Positions 1 through 10,990 of a stretch of 48,228 nt of DNA are shown piece after piece. Source of the DNA: Welwitschia mirabilis. Lineage: Eukaryota. Made by a program: the position numbers and the translations under genes. The notes beneath the pieces were generated by a model. It ran no database searches and was not told the origin of the DNA. It saw only the letters and a program-made list of their open reading frames with translations. Position 1 is the stretch's first letter; the number at the start of each line of letters is the position of its first letter. The DNA lies in assembly GCA_051453625.1 (NCBI GenBank), contig JBOZIK010000001.1, positions 47,994,801 through 48,043,028 of the forward strand, written 5' to 3'.

Positions 1-250
1 TCATCCTAGTCTTTCATCACATAAAATATATCTTGTGAATAGTTGAGAAGATGTAAACTGGTTTTCAACATACATGAATAAATTTTAAGGATAATACCTA
101 ATCAATACAATAGAAGGTTTTAACTCCAATTAATGGCATTCCAACTTGATATCTGACTACCCTCCAAAGTTGGTTCTACTCCAGGTTCTAAAATATACAA
201 ACATGGCTGGGCATAACTCTCTAGGCTTTTACTTCATCTCAATATACCAC
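1..250. repeat. Dispersed repeat (LTR-like fragment), paralogous to ~8190-8440
   Basis: Colinear match to 8190-8440, e.g. 'ataaattttaaggataatacctaatcaata' and 'aactccaattaatggcattccaact' occur in both; truncated by an N-gap. Confidence 0.75.
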
Positions 251-350
251 NNNNNNNNNNNNNNNNNNNNNNNNNNNNNNNNNNNNNNNNNNNNNNNNNN
301 NNNNNNNNNNNNNNNNNNNNNNNNNNNNNNNNNNNNNNNNNNNNNNNNNN

Positions 351-960
351 AATTTGTCTTATCAATAAGGGCGTTTAAAAGTGTTTTATTTTTTTAGCTT
401 GTGCATGAGAAATTGTTAAAATGGAGTGATTTGTTCATCCTTGTAACTTGTAATCTATTAAATCTTGTTGTTGACTCTTGAGATATGATGTCAATATAAT
501 ACTTATGTTTTTCTTAAAATAAAGAAGTATTTATTTTCTCATGTATTTAAACATTATGTAAGTTATTTATCTTCTTTTCCTAGAAAAGTTACTTATAAAT
601 GTTCTTTTGTATGCATTCACATTTATTAAAGAATTATTGGCTTAAATAATTAATAAAAGCATTTGTGAAAGTTTAAGCTCATACTTTTGGGTTAAAAATC
701 TGGGCTGTTTCATTTGGTATCAAAGCATAAATTAGTTTTGGGTTAAAGGCAAGATTTAAATTATTACACATAGGTTTGAATCCACAAGGATGCCCCATAA
801 CCTCTATTGCCTTAGGTGTAAAAGGGAGGTTACACTTAGCTTGATAGAAGTTAAATTAATAAGAATCATAAATGAGGGCTATAGATGTGACTTAGTGCTA
901 TATGCTGGGTCATGATAAAGATCACATAGTTAAAGAGTTTACTATGCCTCCAAGCCAAGT
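351..960 (+). mobile_element. LTR retrotransposon remnant: LTR 3' end (..GGGCTGTTTCA, 712), tRNA-Met PBS and degenerate gag fragment
   Basis: CA terminus at 711-712 followed by TGGTATCAAAGC (715-726; canonical TGGTATCAGAGC); weak zinc-knuckle-like CYMLGHDKDHIVKE near 897-940. Confidence 0.6.
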
Positions 961-1179
961 AATCCTTGGTGTAGGAAAAAACAAAGATAAATATAATTAC
1001 TTGAGAAATGTTATAATGAAAAATGTACCTTCAAATTAAGTTACATACATAATTATTAATTCTAAATTAGAACAAACTAAAAAATGAGTATATTTATAAT
1101 AAAAAATGTAAATGATATTCATAAACAATACTATTTCTTATCATGTTAATAACTCTTATACATTAAACTTAATAAAGTT

Positions 1180-3591
1180 ATGTGACTGGATGCTGAGGGA
1201 GAGACCAAAAGGATAGTTGAAGAGATTTAAAATCAATATGATGTACTCTTTCTCTAATATTTCTATATAAAGGCTTAAACAATATTAAGACTTACATGAA
1301 GGACTAGAGAAATAAGGGCAATCAAAGACTTGAATTAAAAGAGGGTCTGGAGAAAGAATTATAAGAGATCTAAGCAGAACAGGAAAGTGGAGGCGATTAG
1401 GACATCCTTCGCAACAAGGAATATAGATGCCTTGTGATGCTTTAAGAAATAAACATGAATAAGAAGCGCTATTGGAGGGAAAGATCCAGAATTAAGTGGC
1501 TTAAAGAAGGGGATAATCATACTAAATAGTTATTCTAGCAAACTAACCAACACAAGATAAATAACAGAATTAGGAGGCTTACAATCAGGGAGTAAGTAAT
1601 TGATAATGAAGAAGATATGGCCAAGGAAATGCAGACCCACTTCAAGAACGTGTGGGAGTGGAAAGATATCACCCCGACCTTATTCCAGAAGACAAGAAAA
1701 TTTCTGATGAGGATAATGCTCACCTAATTAAACCACTAGTTAGAGAAGAATTCTAGATAACCTTGTAATATATAAAGAGCAATAGAGGTCTAGGGCCAAA
1801 TGGGTGGCCAGTAGAACTACTTAAGACCTATTTCTCCATTATGGAAGGTAACCTTCATGATGTTATGCAAGATTTTTAACAACAGATGCATTCTTATGGA
1901 GATGAATATAACTAGGGTTATTCTTATCCCTAATCACAGGACTATAGACCTCTAGGTATCTACAATGTTCTATATTGGATCTTCAAAAAAAATAATGGTG
2001 GGCCATATTTCCCCTCTTCTTTCCAAAGTGATCTTCGAGAACTAAGCTGGCTTCATCCATTTTAGGTACAAGATCAAGTCCTCCTAACTAATAAAATCAT
2101 TCATTCAGTTAAAAAGCATAACTTTTCTTTATGTATTACTAAATTAGACATAGTAAAAGCCTATGATTTTGTAATCTAAAAAACTTTAGGTTGTATCCTT
2201 AAGAAAATTAAATTTAACTCTAACATCACAAACTTATGGCTTGATATGTAAGCTTCTGCTAAGTTTATATTGGATGTTAACATCTATAGATGTAGATATT
2301 TTTTAGTAGGTTGAGGATTAAGGCAAGAGGATCCATTATCCCCATACCTCTTTCTATTCATTATGAACGTTTCATAGGGATTTCTCAGAAGCAATGCAGT
2401 CATAATAATTAAATTAAAATAGCAAGTCAAATGTTCATTAACAACCAATATGTAGATGACATAATTATTATAACTTAAACCTCCTGCCAACAGGCTAGAG
2501 CTATCAAAAATTCCATGAATCTCTTCACAGATGCTATAAGACTCCAAACTAATTGGAATAAGTCTCGAATTCATGTTTTTGACAAAAGCATCACCAAGAA
2601 GGATGAAATAGGCAGAATTTTAAACACCAAAATGGAAGATCTTCAAGACATCTACTTAGGAATTCCCCTTAGAAACTAGTATGAGTCTCTAACCTGTAAC
2701 TTTATCTTGAAGTGAATTCAAAGAAAATGAAATGCATGGCAGAATAAATTTTTCTCTTGGAAATCCAAGATCATCCCAGCAAATACCTAGCTAATTACAT
2801 CCTTCAGCTACATAGACTCTATTATCAATCCCTTTAAATTTATAATCAAAAAAATTAATAAAATGCTAAAGGACTTCATTTGATTGGAAGACAAGAATAG
2901 AAGACGCATCCACCTTTGTAAGTAGGAGCTCATTGCTCACCCCTAGTAGGTAGGAGGCTAGAGAATTCATAGTCCAGAAGATTGTCTCTTCACTAAAGCT
3001 CACAAAATAATCAAAAGACTACTTAAGGGTGGTCAATCATGGAGTGACCTACTCTATTATAAGTATCCAAGTTCAAGCTCAAGCGAAGGGGAGTTCCACC
3101 TTAGGAAATATCTTTCTAACATCAGAAGAAATCTGATAAAGCTAAACATCTCTAATGAAGACACAACCAAAATGATTTTCCTTATAAAATATGATAAAAA
3201 TAGGGCCTATAAAAGTTTTTAAGGGGGATGGATCCATGACAAGATTAAGATTTTCTACTAGTTGAAGGACTGCAATTGATTATTAATAAGAGATTAATTG
3301 CTTAAACGTGGCATTCAAGTTACTACTAATTGTTCAATCTGTCAGTCAAGTCAATAAGATGTACCACACCTATTTCATTAATGAAAATGGAGTCAAATTT
3401 AATGAAATTAATGAAAAATTACTAGAAGACTAGAAAAGTAATTAAGACACAATTGAAGGATAGGATAGGCCTGAGGTTGTGGTAGATATGGTGTACTCAT
3501 AATGATTTGATTTTCAATAATGCTCCTCTTTTCATTTCTTATAAATACTGTTAGGAGAATCAGATGGTACCATTCACAAATTTGGACAGCT
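1180..3591 (+). pseudogene. LINE ORF2 remnant (reverse transcriptase + zf-RVT), many stops and frameshifts
   Basis: Manual translation: RSRIKWLKEGDNHTK (~1482), GPNGWPVE (~1793), DYRPLGIYNVLY (~1940), KLDIVKAYDFV (~2141), GLRQEDPLSPYLF (~2315), QYVDD (~2446), YLGIPL (~2653), CSICQS..DVPHLF (~3331), W*IWCTHNDLIFNN (~3480). Confidence 0.92.
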
Positions 3592-4850
3592 ATGGAGGTC
3601 ACACCAACGTCTAAACTACTAAATCTGAGCTTGTTCGAAGGATATCTGATCCTTTGGGATAAGTTGCAGGCCCTAGGTTGGGAATCACTTTTACACAAAT
3701 TGAAAGGCGAGCCCAAGGCTGATATCACCCCATTCTACAGAAAATGGAAAGGGTACAAAATTACTTTTAGACAAATCTCAGTTAAAGTTACAGAAGAATC
3801 CCTTTCCTACCTGCTGGAAATCCCTATGGAATGGGAGAGAATTCCTCTCAAAAGTATAGAATAAAGGGAGGCTTCCCTTTTTTTTAGGAGGTGTCCCTAA
3901 GTTATCAAGTGGACACATTAGCCAGAAGGTGCTTTCTCCCCCGTAGGGTTTAGGTGTAAAGATCGTAGATAGATACTTCATTTAGTCTGGGTGTTGTTTT
4001 GAGCTTTTAAGGTTACACTTTATCTTTCTCAAGGCCTAATACCTAGGGAGTCAAGTTAATTTACCCCATTTCTTCATCTAAATGCTATGATGAAAGAATA
4101 TTATAAGGCATTTAGGACTTGTTATGGTCGTATGGAGAACCGCAAGGGATCTAAAAGTGAGGAGGCCCCCTCCCCTTTCCCTCGGCGAAGGGCTTCGAAT
4201 GATGCCTAGCAAACCAGAGGAAAAAAGAAGAAAAGAGATAAGAATGACAAAGATTCTCAACATGATGGGGATAATGAGCCAGGAGGCTCCCAGTTTCTAA
4301 GAAGGGCAACTCCACCTCCACCCCAAGAGACTCTTATAGAGGAAGTGATTCCATCCCCAATGCAGAAAGAGGGAAAATTCTAGTCTGAACTAGACCAAGA
4401 GTAAACCCCCGTAGAAGTGCAAGGAGAGGAGAATTTACATCCAGAGAAAGGCCAGGAGGACCCCCCTCAGAAGAATGTTGATAGCCCCAAACACAGTAAC
4501 CAGACAGAATCTCAGTCTAATTCTGAATCCACCTTAGAAGAATGAAATCAAGCAATACATGAGGATATTAACATGGATCATGCTAGGAGAGAGAAGTTTT
4601 GTTAGCCATAATCCATGGAATTAAGATGTGCTCTTTCTTAACCCTCATAATCTCTCATAGATTTCCATTAGATGTTATTAAATTAAGCTTTCAAAAGAAG
4701 ACCCTTAAACTTTATCCCAACAAAAACCAAGCAAGGGCAAAGGAATTTAAAGAGGTAAATTAGGCTTTCTAGGTCTTGGTAGATGAATTGGGATGATTCC
4801 TAATTTAGTACAAGCATAGCTACCTAATTCCTAATTACAAGGGATATTAA
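3592..4850 (+). pseudogene. LINE extra ORF ('ORF3') copy A: putative plant-transposon-protein-like domain, acidic/Pro-rich linker, C-terminal J-domain
   Basis: MEVTPTSKLL..LGWESLLHKLKGEPKADITPFY..VTEESLSYLLEIP..GLGVKIVDRYFI..QVNLPHF..RHLGLV; the C-terminus reads MCSFLTLIISHRFPLDVIKLSFQKKTLKLYPNKNQARAKEFKEVN*AF*VL..PNYKGY* (stop 4848-4850). Homologous to 23310-24528. Confidence 0.8.
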
Positions 4851-5400
4851 TCATATGCTTCTTATAGTTTAGATTAGTTCTTCTATAACTATGCCACGTT
4901 CTATTTTAGTCTTAGGAGCTAGGGATTTTCACCCTCATTTTTGTTGTTAACATATTATGTCTTATTTCTAGTATGTTTGCATAAATTTGTAGGCTGGTTT
5001 TTATCATTTCTAGATTTACATGTAATCCCCAATATAGGCGCTTTCATCACTCCTTATAACTATTACTCTTTTAATATAATACTTGGTTTCTTTTTCAAAA
5101 AGAGGAAAAAACAAAAAAGACCAACAGTAGCCAAAAAGCAATTTGCCAACCGCTTATTATCTAACTCCTCAACATCTGAGATTAGTTTTTGATCCCTCTT
5201 CGCTCAAGAATGGCTTTAACCAGACATATTAATTTTCAGCTTAAACTTTTATGGATGCTTCATGTTGATGAAACAACCAAATGAAACAACTTTTTTGAGG
5301 CTCTTGATTGAAAAGAGATTTCACCGAGTTGCAATAGCAGCTGCCTCATTAAATATCGCACGTGGAAGAGAAAATTTAGAAACAAGCGAAAGAAACGGAC

Positions 5401-5471
5401 CTGCTTGACCACCATATGGGGCGTCCATTGCACTGACGACCTTCAGCAGACGAGTTCTTACACCTCTCCTT
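5401..5471 (-). CDS. Exon 2 of the same gene: end of transit peptide and start of mature protein
   Basis: Acceptor ttttcAG at 5472; reads (R)RRGVRTRLLKVVSAMDAPYGGQA; likely donor AG|GTCCGT at 5400. 'AMDAPYGG' resembles the segment preceding 'FPR..V.DPYKRLG' in CPP1/CDF1-family proteins (recalled, not searched). No downstream exons are seen in the window. Confidence 0.72.
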
Positions 5472-5554
5472 CTGAAAAGATACAAACATCCCTTTGAGTT
5501 ACTCAGTGACGAGCAAAACCATAAGAAAACACCTAAAGAAATACAGTCATTAAC

Positions 5555-5682
5555 CTGACACATAGAAGGAAGCTACATGATCGAGGAACTTGAAAAGCTT
5601 TCGAGTCAGGCGATTTTAAACATGTCCTATAAGAAACAGCACTCGATGGCAAAGACCATTTCGAAACTACGGAGGTAGCCAT
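5555..5682 (-). CDS. Exon 1 of a plastid-targeted protein gene (CPP1/CDF1-like, DUF3353 family candidate)
   Basis: ATG at 5682 gives MATSVVSKWSLPSSAVSYRTCLKSPDSKAFQVPRSCSFLLCV (MA start, Ser-rich transit peptide). It ends AG|GTTAAT; the 83-bp GT-AG intron 5554-5472 joins exon 2 in frame. Confidence 0.8.
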
Positions 5683-6110
5683 TAAAAGGGATTCGTGTTA
5701 ATGCTCGTTAAATCTTTGGAAATCTGCCCTGATTAGAATGCCTTTGGAATGAAACTCGCAGAAATACTTGAAATGAAAGCGTAAATGTCACCGAAGCCTG
5801 CAAATGAAGTTTTCAGAGCCGAGTGACGATGAGAGGAACACTGATGTGGAAGCGAAGGAGATAAAGTCTGGATCATCTTCGCTCTGTTGCGAAGAAAAAA
5901 GTTACCTCCTCCACGTTTGAGCCCTTACAGAACATTATCAATATAGACCATAATAGCAAACTGTTACATGAAAGTGATGATGCGTTTCCAGTGAAACGTT
6001 GAAGGCGCCGTGTGATAAGTATTTTGTTCTCACTGTAATTCATGAAAATAAATAAACAAAATAAATAAATAATTCTCCCCCAGCCGTTGTGATATGGTTG
6101 TGTTTATAGA
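5683..6110 (-). promoter_or_regulatory. 5'UTR/promoter of the minus-strand gene; CpG-retaining island
   Basis: CG dinucleotides are frequent at ~5300-6090 but scarce in most of the window; MSA-like ATCACAACGGCTG on the minus strand at 6081-6093. Confidence 0.5.
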
Positions 6111-7869
6111 ATCAAAGTCTTAAACTTGAATTTTGTGAGTATTGTATAGTCAAAAAAAAAAAAAAAGGTTACCTTTTTTAAGAGAAATTAAAAAAATAAA
6201 ATAACTTTAAGAAAGTAGAATATAGTTAAATATTAATGCAAGTTAAACAAGATCATCGTAAATAAATCTTAAACCCAACTTTAAAGCAACTTTAAATAGG
6301 GGAAGTGGCAAAGTCATGGTAAAGTGATGTGTTTAGAAGTGTCAAAATACAAGTGCAAGTAGCAGCATTGATGGAAGATTTCTGCTTCCTAGATCTACAT
6401 AAAGCACACACGTTTATCATGCATTGAGTGGGTAATAGCAACTACTCTAAGCCAACGAAGCTAAGATGTTTGTAATATTAAATTGTTGCTCAAAGAAGTC
6501 TTGTGTTTCATCATCTTTTTACTAAGCATTAGAAAGCTATCTTCACAACAAAGCACTTCTTTCATTGCAAAAAACAATATCCACTTTTTAAATGAAGAGT
6601 TCATAGGCTAATGATGGTGTTACATGGGTTACTTTCTTATGCATAGTGTTCCAATTAGCCTAGGGGTCAGCAAATCAACAAATTGTAATCGTTTTAAGAT
6701 ACAATTATATAAAGTGTTCCAATTCCCTATAGGCATGTTCCAAAACATGTTATAGAAGTTGTCATTCTACTTCATTTGAACATAGTTTTGATTTCAACTT
6801 GTTTCATGACTAGGCGAAAACATAAATGATGGTCTAGAAAGTAATCCTATGGGCTTGTCCTCTACCCCTTTACAAACCCAAGAATAGTGATTAAGCATTG
6901 AACATTGTTGTTACTAGTGTTTAGGTGGTTCACATAAAATGACACAATGGTCGTTATCCCACTTGGTAATTTTTTCTTTAAGATGCACCACTTCCAAATG
7001 CACATTCATTAACTTCAGAAGGCCTTATTGGCTAAAGACTAAATGTTTAAAGACACAAAATTAGTAAGAGAGAATTTCAAGTTAACAATGATCACATTCT
7101 CATTCTTAAAGAATTTATAACATCTAGCTTTCTAAGATGTATATGAGATAATGACAAATAAGTAGTAACAGAGTAAGTATTATGAGTTAGAGAAAGACTG
7201 ATAAACATTCAAATGTGAGGGAATTATGAGAAACGTTGAGGTTGGGATGAGTCTAACTCAAAAGAGATAATGCAATCAACATGTCTATAGAAAATGTAAA
7301 ATGGAATTTCTTAAAAGTAATGAGGGCATGAAAGATTTGGGACTCTAGGGTTCTCAATTCTATAATATTAGTGTTGTTAAAGTTTAAGAAAGTTTTTGTT
7401 TCCAAATTATTCCCTCTAGTTGTTGGTCTAGTTTTAGTTTAAACTTCTAGTAGCCTAACTTAAAATTAGACAACAATGTATAAAAGGATTTCATGTGATA
7501 ACCTAAAAATTAACCCTTTCTTCCCAACTACAAATAACGTAAATATCACTAGAGATGTTGATTCTATGGATTGGCCAAGAACAAATCATTTACTAGACTT
7601 TTCAAACTATATATCTTTGAACCAAAATTAGTTGAAAATCTTAGATAATCTCTTACAAATGTAAAAGACAAAACTTTCTAACATAAAGACTAGTAAGGAC
7701 ATTGACTCCTTACCTTTGCAAATTATAAATGGCTTTCTAAGAGAATTACTAATTTTACAAGGAAAAATCCACGACAAAGAAAGGGTGAGAAGAGCATTAA
7801 CAAAAAGTAAATGTGGCATGTGATTCATTTCCTTTAGAATCTATCATTATTATTAAAAAATAAAACTTC

Positions 7870-7973
7870 CATTAGTGTCCTAGATTTTACTAAAGAAAAT
7901 GTAACTAGTTGGATGCAAAAGTTGAAATTCCTCTTCTAGGTTTAAAGAACATTCTACATACATGGAAGAAACC
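7870..7973 (+). pseudogene. Ty1/copia gag N-terminal fragment
   Basis: ISVLDFTKENVTSWMQKLKFLF resembles the copia gag 'L.G.NY..W..K' start; cut at 7974 by an LTR-like sequence. Confidence 0.4.
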
Positions 7974-8800
7974 TGTGATACCCTCTTTTATCTTACCCTA
8001 ATTAAGCACTATTTTTTTTAACTTTCTTTCTTTTTTAATATTTTTACCTGATAAACACAGCGAAACCTAGGACTAAATTCCGCTTACTCCTTAATTAGAA
8101 TTTCCCTATTCTAAAAAATAATTAATTTCTAGGTTATCTCGTTTTACAACCAATAGCGATGTCATAAGTTTGTGTCCTTCATTTCTTCCTTGTTTTTTCG
8201 TCACATAAAAGATATTCTATGAATAGTTGAGGAGATGTAAACTTCTTGTCAACATAAATAGATAAATTTTAAGGATAATACCTAATCAATATAATAGAAG
8301 ATTACAACTCCAATTAATGGCATTCCAACTCAATATTTGGCCATCCTTCAAATGTGAGTTGGTTCTAAGTCAAGTTCTAAACTATACAAACATGGTTGGG
8401 CTCAACTCTATAGGCTTTCACTTCATCTCGATATACCACTAATACAGGTGACAAGTAGTACATGAGGTGGATGCATGCTTACAAATTAACCTCGCTTCCT
8501 TGAAGCATCTCTGAATGGTACAACATGATCCATCAATGTCCAGGGCTCAAGATATTAAGTTGGAGTAAGTTCATACATGGGTAGGATAGGATAGTGGTGA
8601 TTAAATCCACTTCCAGAAGGGTATTATAAAAAATGTGATGCAATTCACCTTGGTGATGAAATCCAAGTATGGGAATGAACATTATTAAAATTATCTTAAT
8701 TTGTCCTATTCGATAAATACATTATACAAATGCATGCAAACAATTCTAACCAATGTGGATATTTAATGAATAACTTACCTAGTTATAATAGTACTAATTA
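7974..8800. mobile_element. Gypsy-type LTR fragment (terminus TGTGATACCC), same family as 1-250
   Basis: TG..ATACCC terminus at 7974; 8190-8440 matches 1-250; ~8727-8780 resembles ~18701-18755. The right boundary is uncertain. Confidence 0.45.
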
Positions 8801-8989
8801 TCATTTGGTTCGTTTTATAGAAACAACCATAGAAACAAAATAAGCATACAAGAACTTTTTTTTTCAATATTATAATAATAAAAATCTAAATGCTCCTAGG
8901 CTCATCTGTTTTACTTACTTGTACTTAACTTGTATATTACTTTTTTTCCTATTTTTGTTAATACAATATCGGATGTATTAATTCACCTG

Positions 8990-10990
8990 TGATTGGGACA
9001 GGACATATATTTTGAGAAAAAATTTTAAATTTTTAAGGGTTATTTTAACATTTTCATAAGGCATATCTATAATGTACTTATCTGATTTGATTATGTATTA
9101 TTTAAATGAGATGAATTATGGATATTATTTAGTAATACATGTACTTAACAGTAGAATACTTGTAGTTTGTTTTCCTTACAGGAATGATATTGGTAATTCA
9201 TGACACCATGAATTAATGTAATAATGTTATGATTGATTATTTTTTATATATTTTTTATTAAATATTGTGCTTATTAACTCAAATGTTTGATTTATAAATA
9301 CTATTTTTCAGTCATCACTCTTTTTTATTATACATCCACATTATTTTTATGGTTAGATCTTATGATGATTCTTCCGTCATCACATTGAATATCTATTTTT
9401 TTTTTATGTACTAAATGTATTAAGTGGGAGGTCTAATACATAGATAAGTGTTTTGATCTTATTTTCTAATGGGCATGATTATAGGCAATTGATTTTACAG
9501 ATTGATTTTTAAAAGCTTGTTGTCTCCATTATTATCTAGATGATGTATTAGATGATAGCATGATTACATTATCTGCCAGGTAAAACATTCAATTTATTTG
9601 ATTCTAAGATTTGATCCTACATAATTATATTTCTAAACTTCATTTACATATCCCTAGTTAATGTTTATTTTAGTCAATTTGGCTCACAATTATAGTTATC
9701 TGTCAACTTTGTTAAGGAGTTACAAGGGTAAGGAGGGGCTATGTTATGATGTCAAATTATATGTTTTTAATGGAGAATTTGAGTAATTTTGTAGGACATT
9801 TAGATAGGTTTAAGTACAAAATAATAATTATTAAGAGTCAAGGAAAAAAATCATGGAAATACACAATTACCAACACATTTGAAGGCATTTTGGATCAATT
9901 TTAATAATTTAAATTTTGAGGAGGAGTTAATGATCTTCAAGGCCATTTTGACTTGATGAAACATCTTAAAGAATATCATCATCTCCTATATTATCTGAAT
10001 GACCATCTAGATGACACCAGTTGCATGCTGACTAGGATGTTGACTAGACTAATATGGAAGCTGGTATGGAATCTCTATTGATATGGCATTGTCTCCATCA
10101 TTATCTAAACAACTAAAAGGATAACACCTAATTTTAGTTAATGCACTAAACTTTAATAAACTTGTGTAATGTGTTATTTGCCTTTTGCACTATTAGGATT
10201 TTGATTGTGTCCATTAGATGTGCTATTTTTTAGTCTACTGTTGTAAATAAATACTGCCTTTACCCTTAACTTTGATCATCTTTTTTGACATCTAAAAATC
10301 CTGTTATAGGAGATCAAAGGATAGAAGGTTTATCTGTTAGTTCTAAAGAGGGGTATTCCTTGGTGTTGGACTATGTCTCCTTTATTAAGATGCTAATACT
10401 TTAGAGCAGGATATTGATTCAACTTTTAATGAAAATATTCTTTTAGATTTATTTATGTACATTTCCCTTATGGTTTATGTTGGTTAGGATTTTATTATAG
10501 TTTCATAATTAATATAGGTCATTAAGGGTAACCTTTATCAAGATCAAAATCATTAGTTTAGGATTTGCATTACATTGCATTTTATATTTTTTAGCTTAAT
10601 ATTGCATATTTTCTATATTTTATTTGATGTACTTGATGGCTTAGGTTGGTTAGAATTAGTGATATTTTTCTTAATTGATCTAGATTGTATAGGACAAATC
10701 TTAGTGATAGAGATTTGGTAGTTAGATAGATATTGCATTTAGAGCATATTGTACTTACATTGCATTAGTGTGTTTATTTTCTTACATTATCGATTTTCAT
10801 TTTGAACCTTGAAGAAAACCTAAAAATACTTTGCTTAAATTAATTCTCTAGCTTCAAGACTAGTGCCTTTGATGGATAATAACATTCGAGTTCACTCTTG
10901 TCTATACTAATGTGCATGTTTTGCAATATATTTATGATTAACAAGATTTGATAAAGGATGTAAACAATTACATAAATACGCACCGCAACA
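8990..10990 (+). mobile_element. Probable Athila-like LTR inserted into a gypsy integrase
   Basis: Ends ..GCACCGCAACA at 10990, where integrase-coding sequence resumes; Athila-like LTR 3' motifs ('tctatactaatgtgca') at ~10860-10925. The 5' boundary is a guess. Confidence 0.45.

Larger units (their letters stand above)
1177..5120 (+). mobile_element. L1-clade LINE copy A, 5'-truncated, with extra 3' coding region, 3'UTR and A-rich tail
   Basis: ORF2 motifs (see next feature), extra ORF 3592-4850, 3'UTR motifs shared with copy B, A-rich tail 5097-5120; colinear with ~20930-24768. The 5' boundary is approximate. Confidence 0.9.

Noticed and set aside
1150-1200. Target-site duplications for the LINE copies
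   Set aside because: No convincing match to the sequence after 5120; the 3' flank of copy B is an N-gap.
5321-5563. 80-aa minus-strand ORF as a standalone gene
   Set aside because: Better explained as exon 2 plus read-through into flanking introns.
4626-5682. Idea that the LINE J-domain was captured from the adjacent CPP1-like gene, which has a J-like domain
   Set aside because: The domain is already in the divergent copy B, is antisense to the gene, and has HPD-KN-type features that CPP1 J-like domains lack. Proximity looks coincidental.
6300-7100. Moderately GC-richer stretch that might be decayed coding sequence
   Set aside because: Manual translation of the minus-strand frames gave no motif I could recognise.
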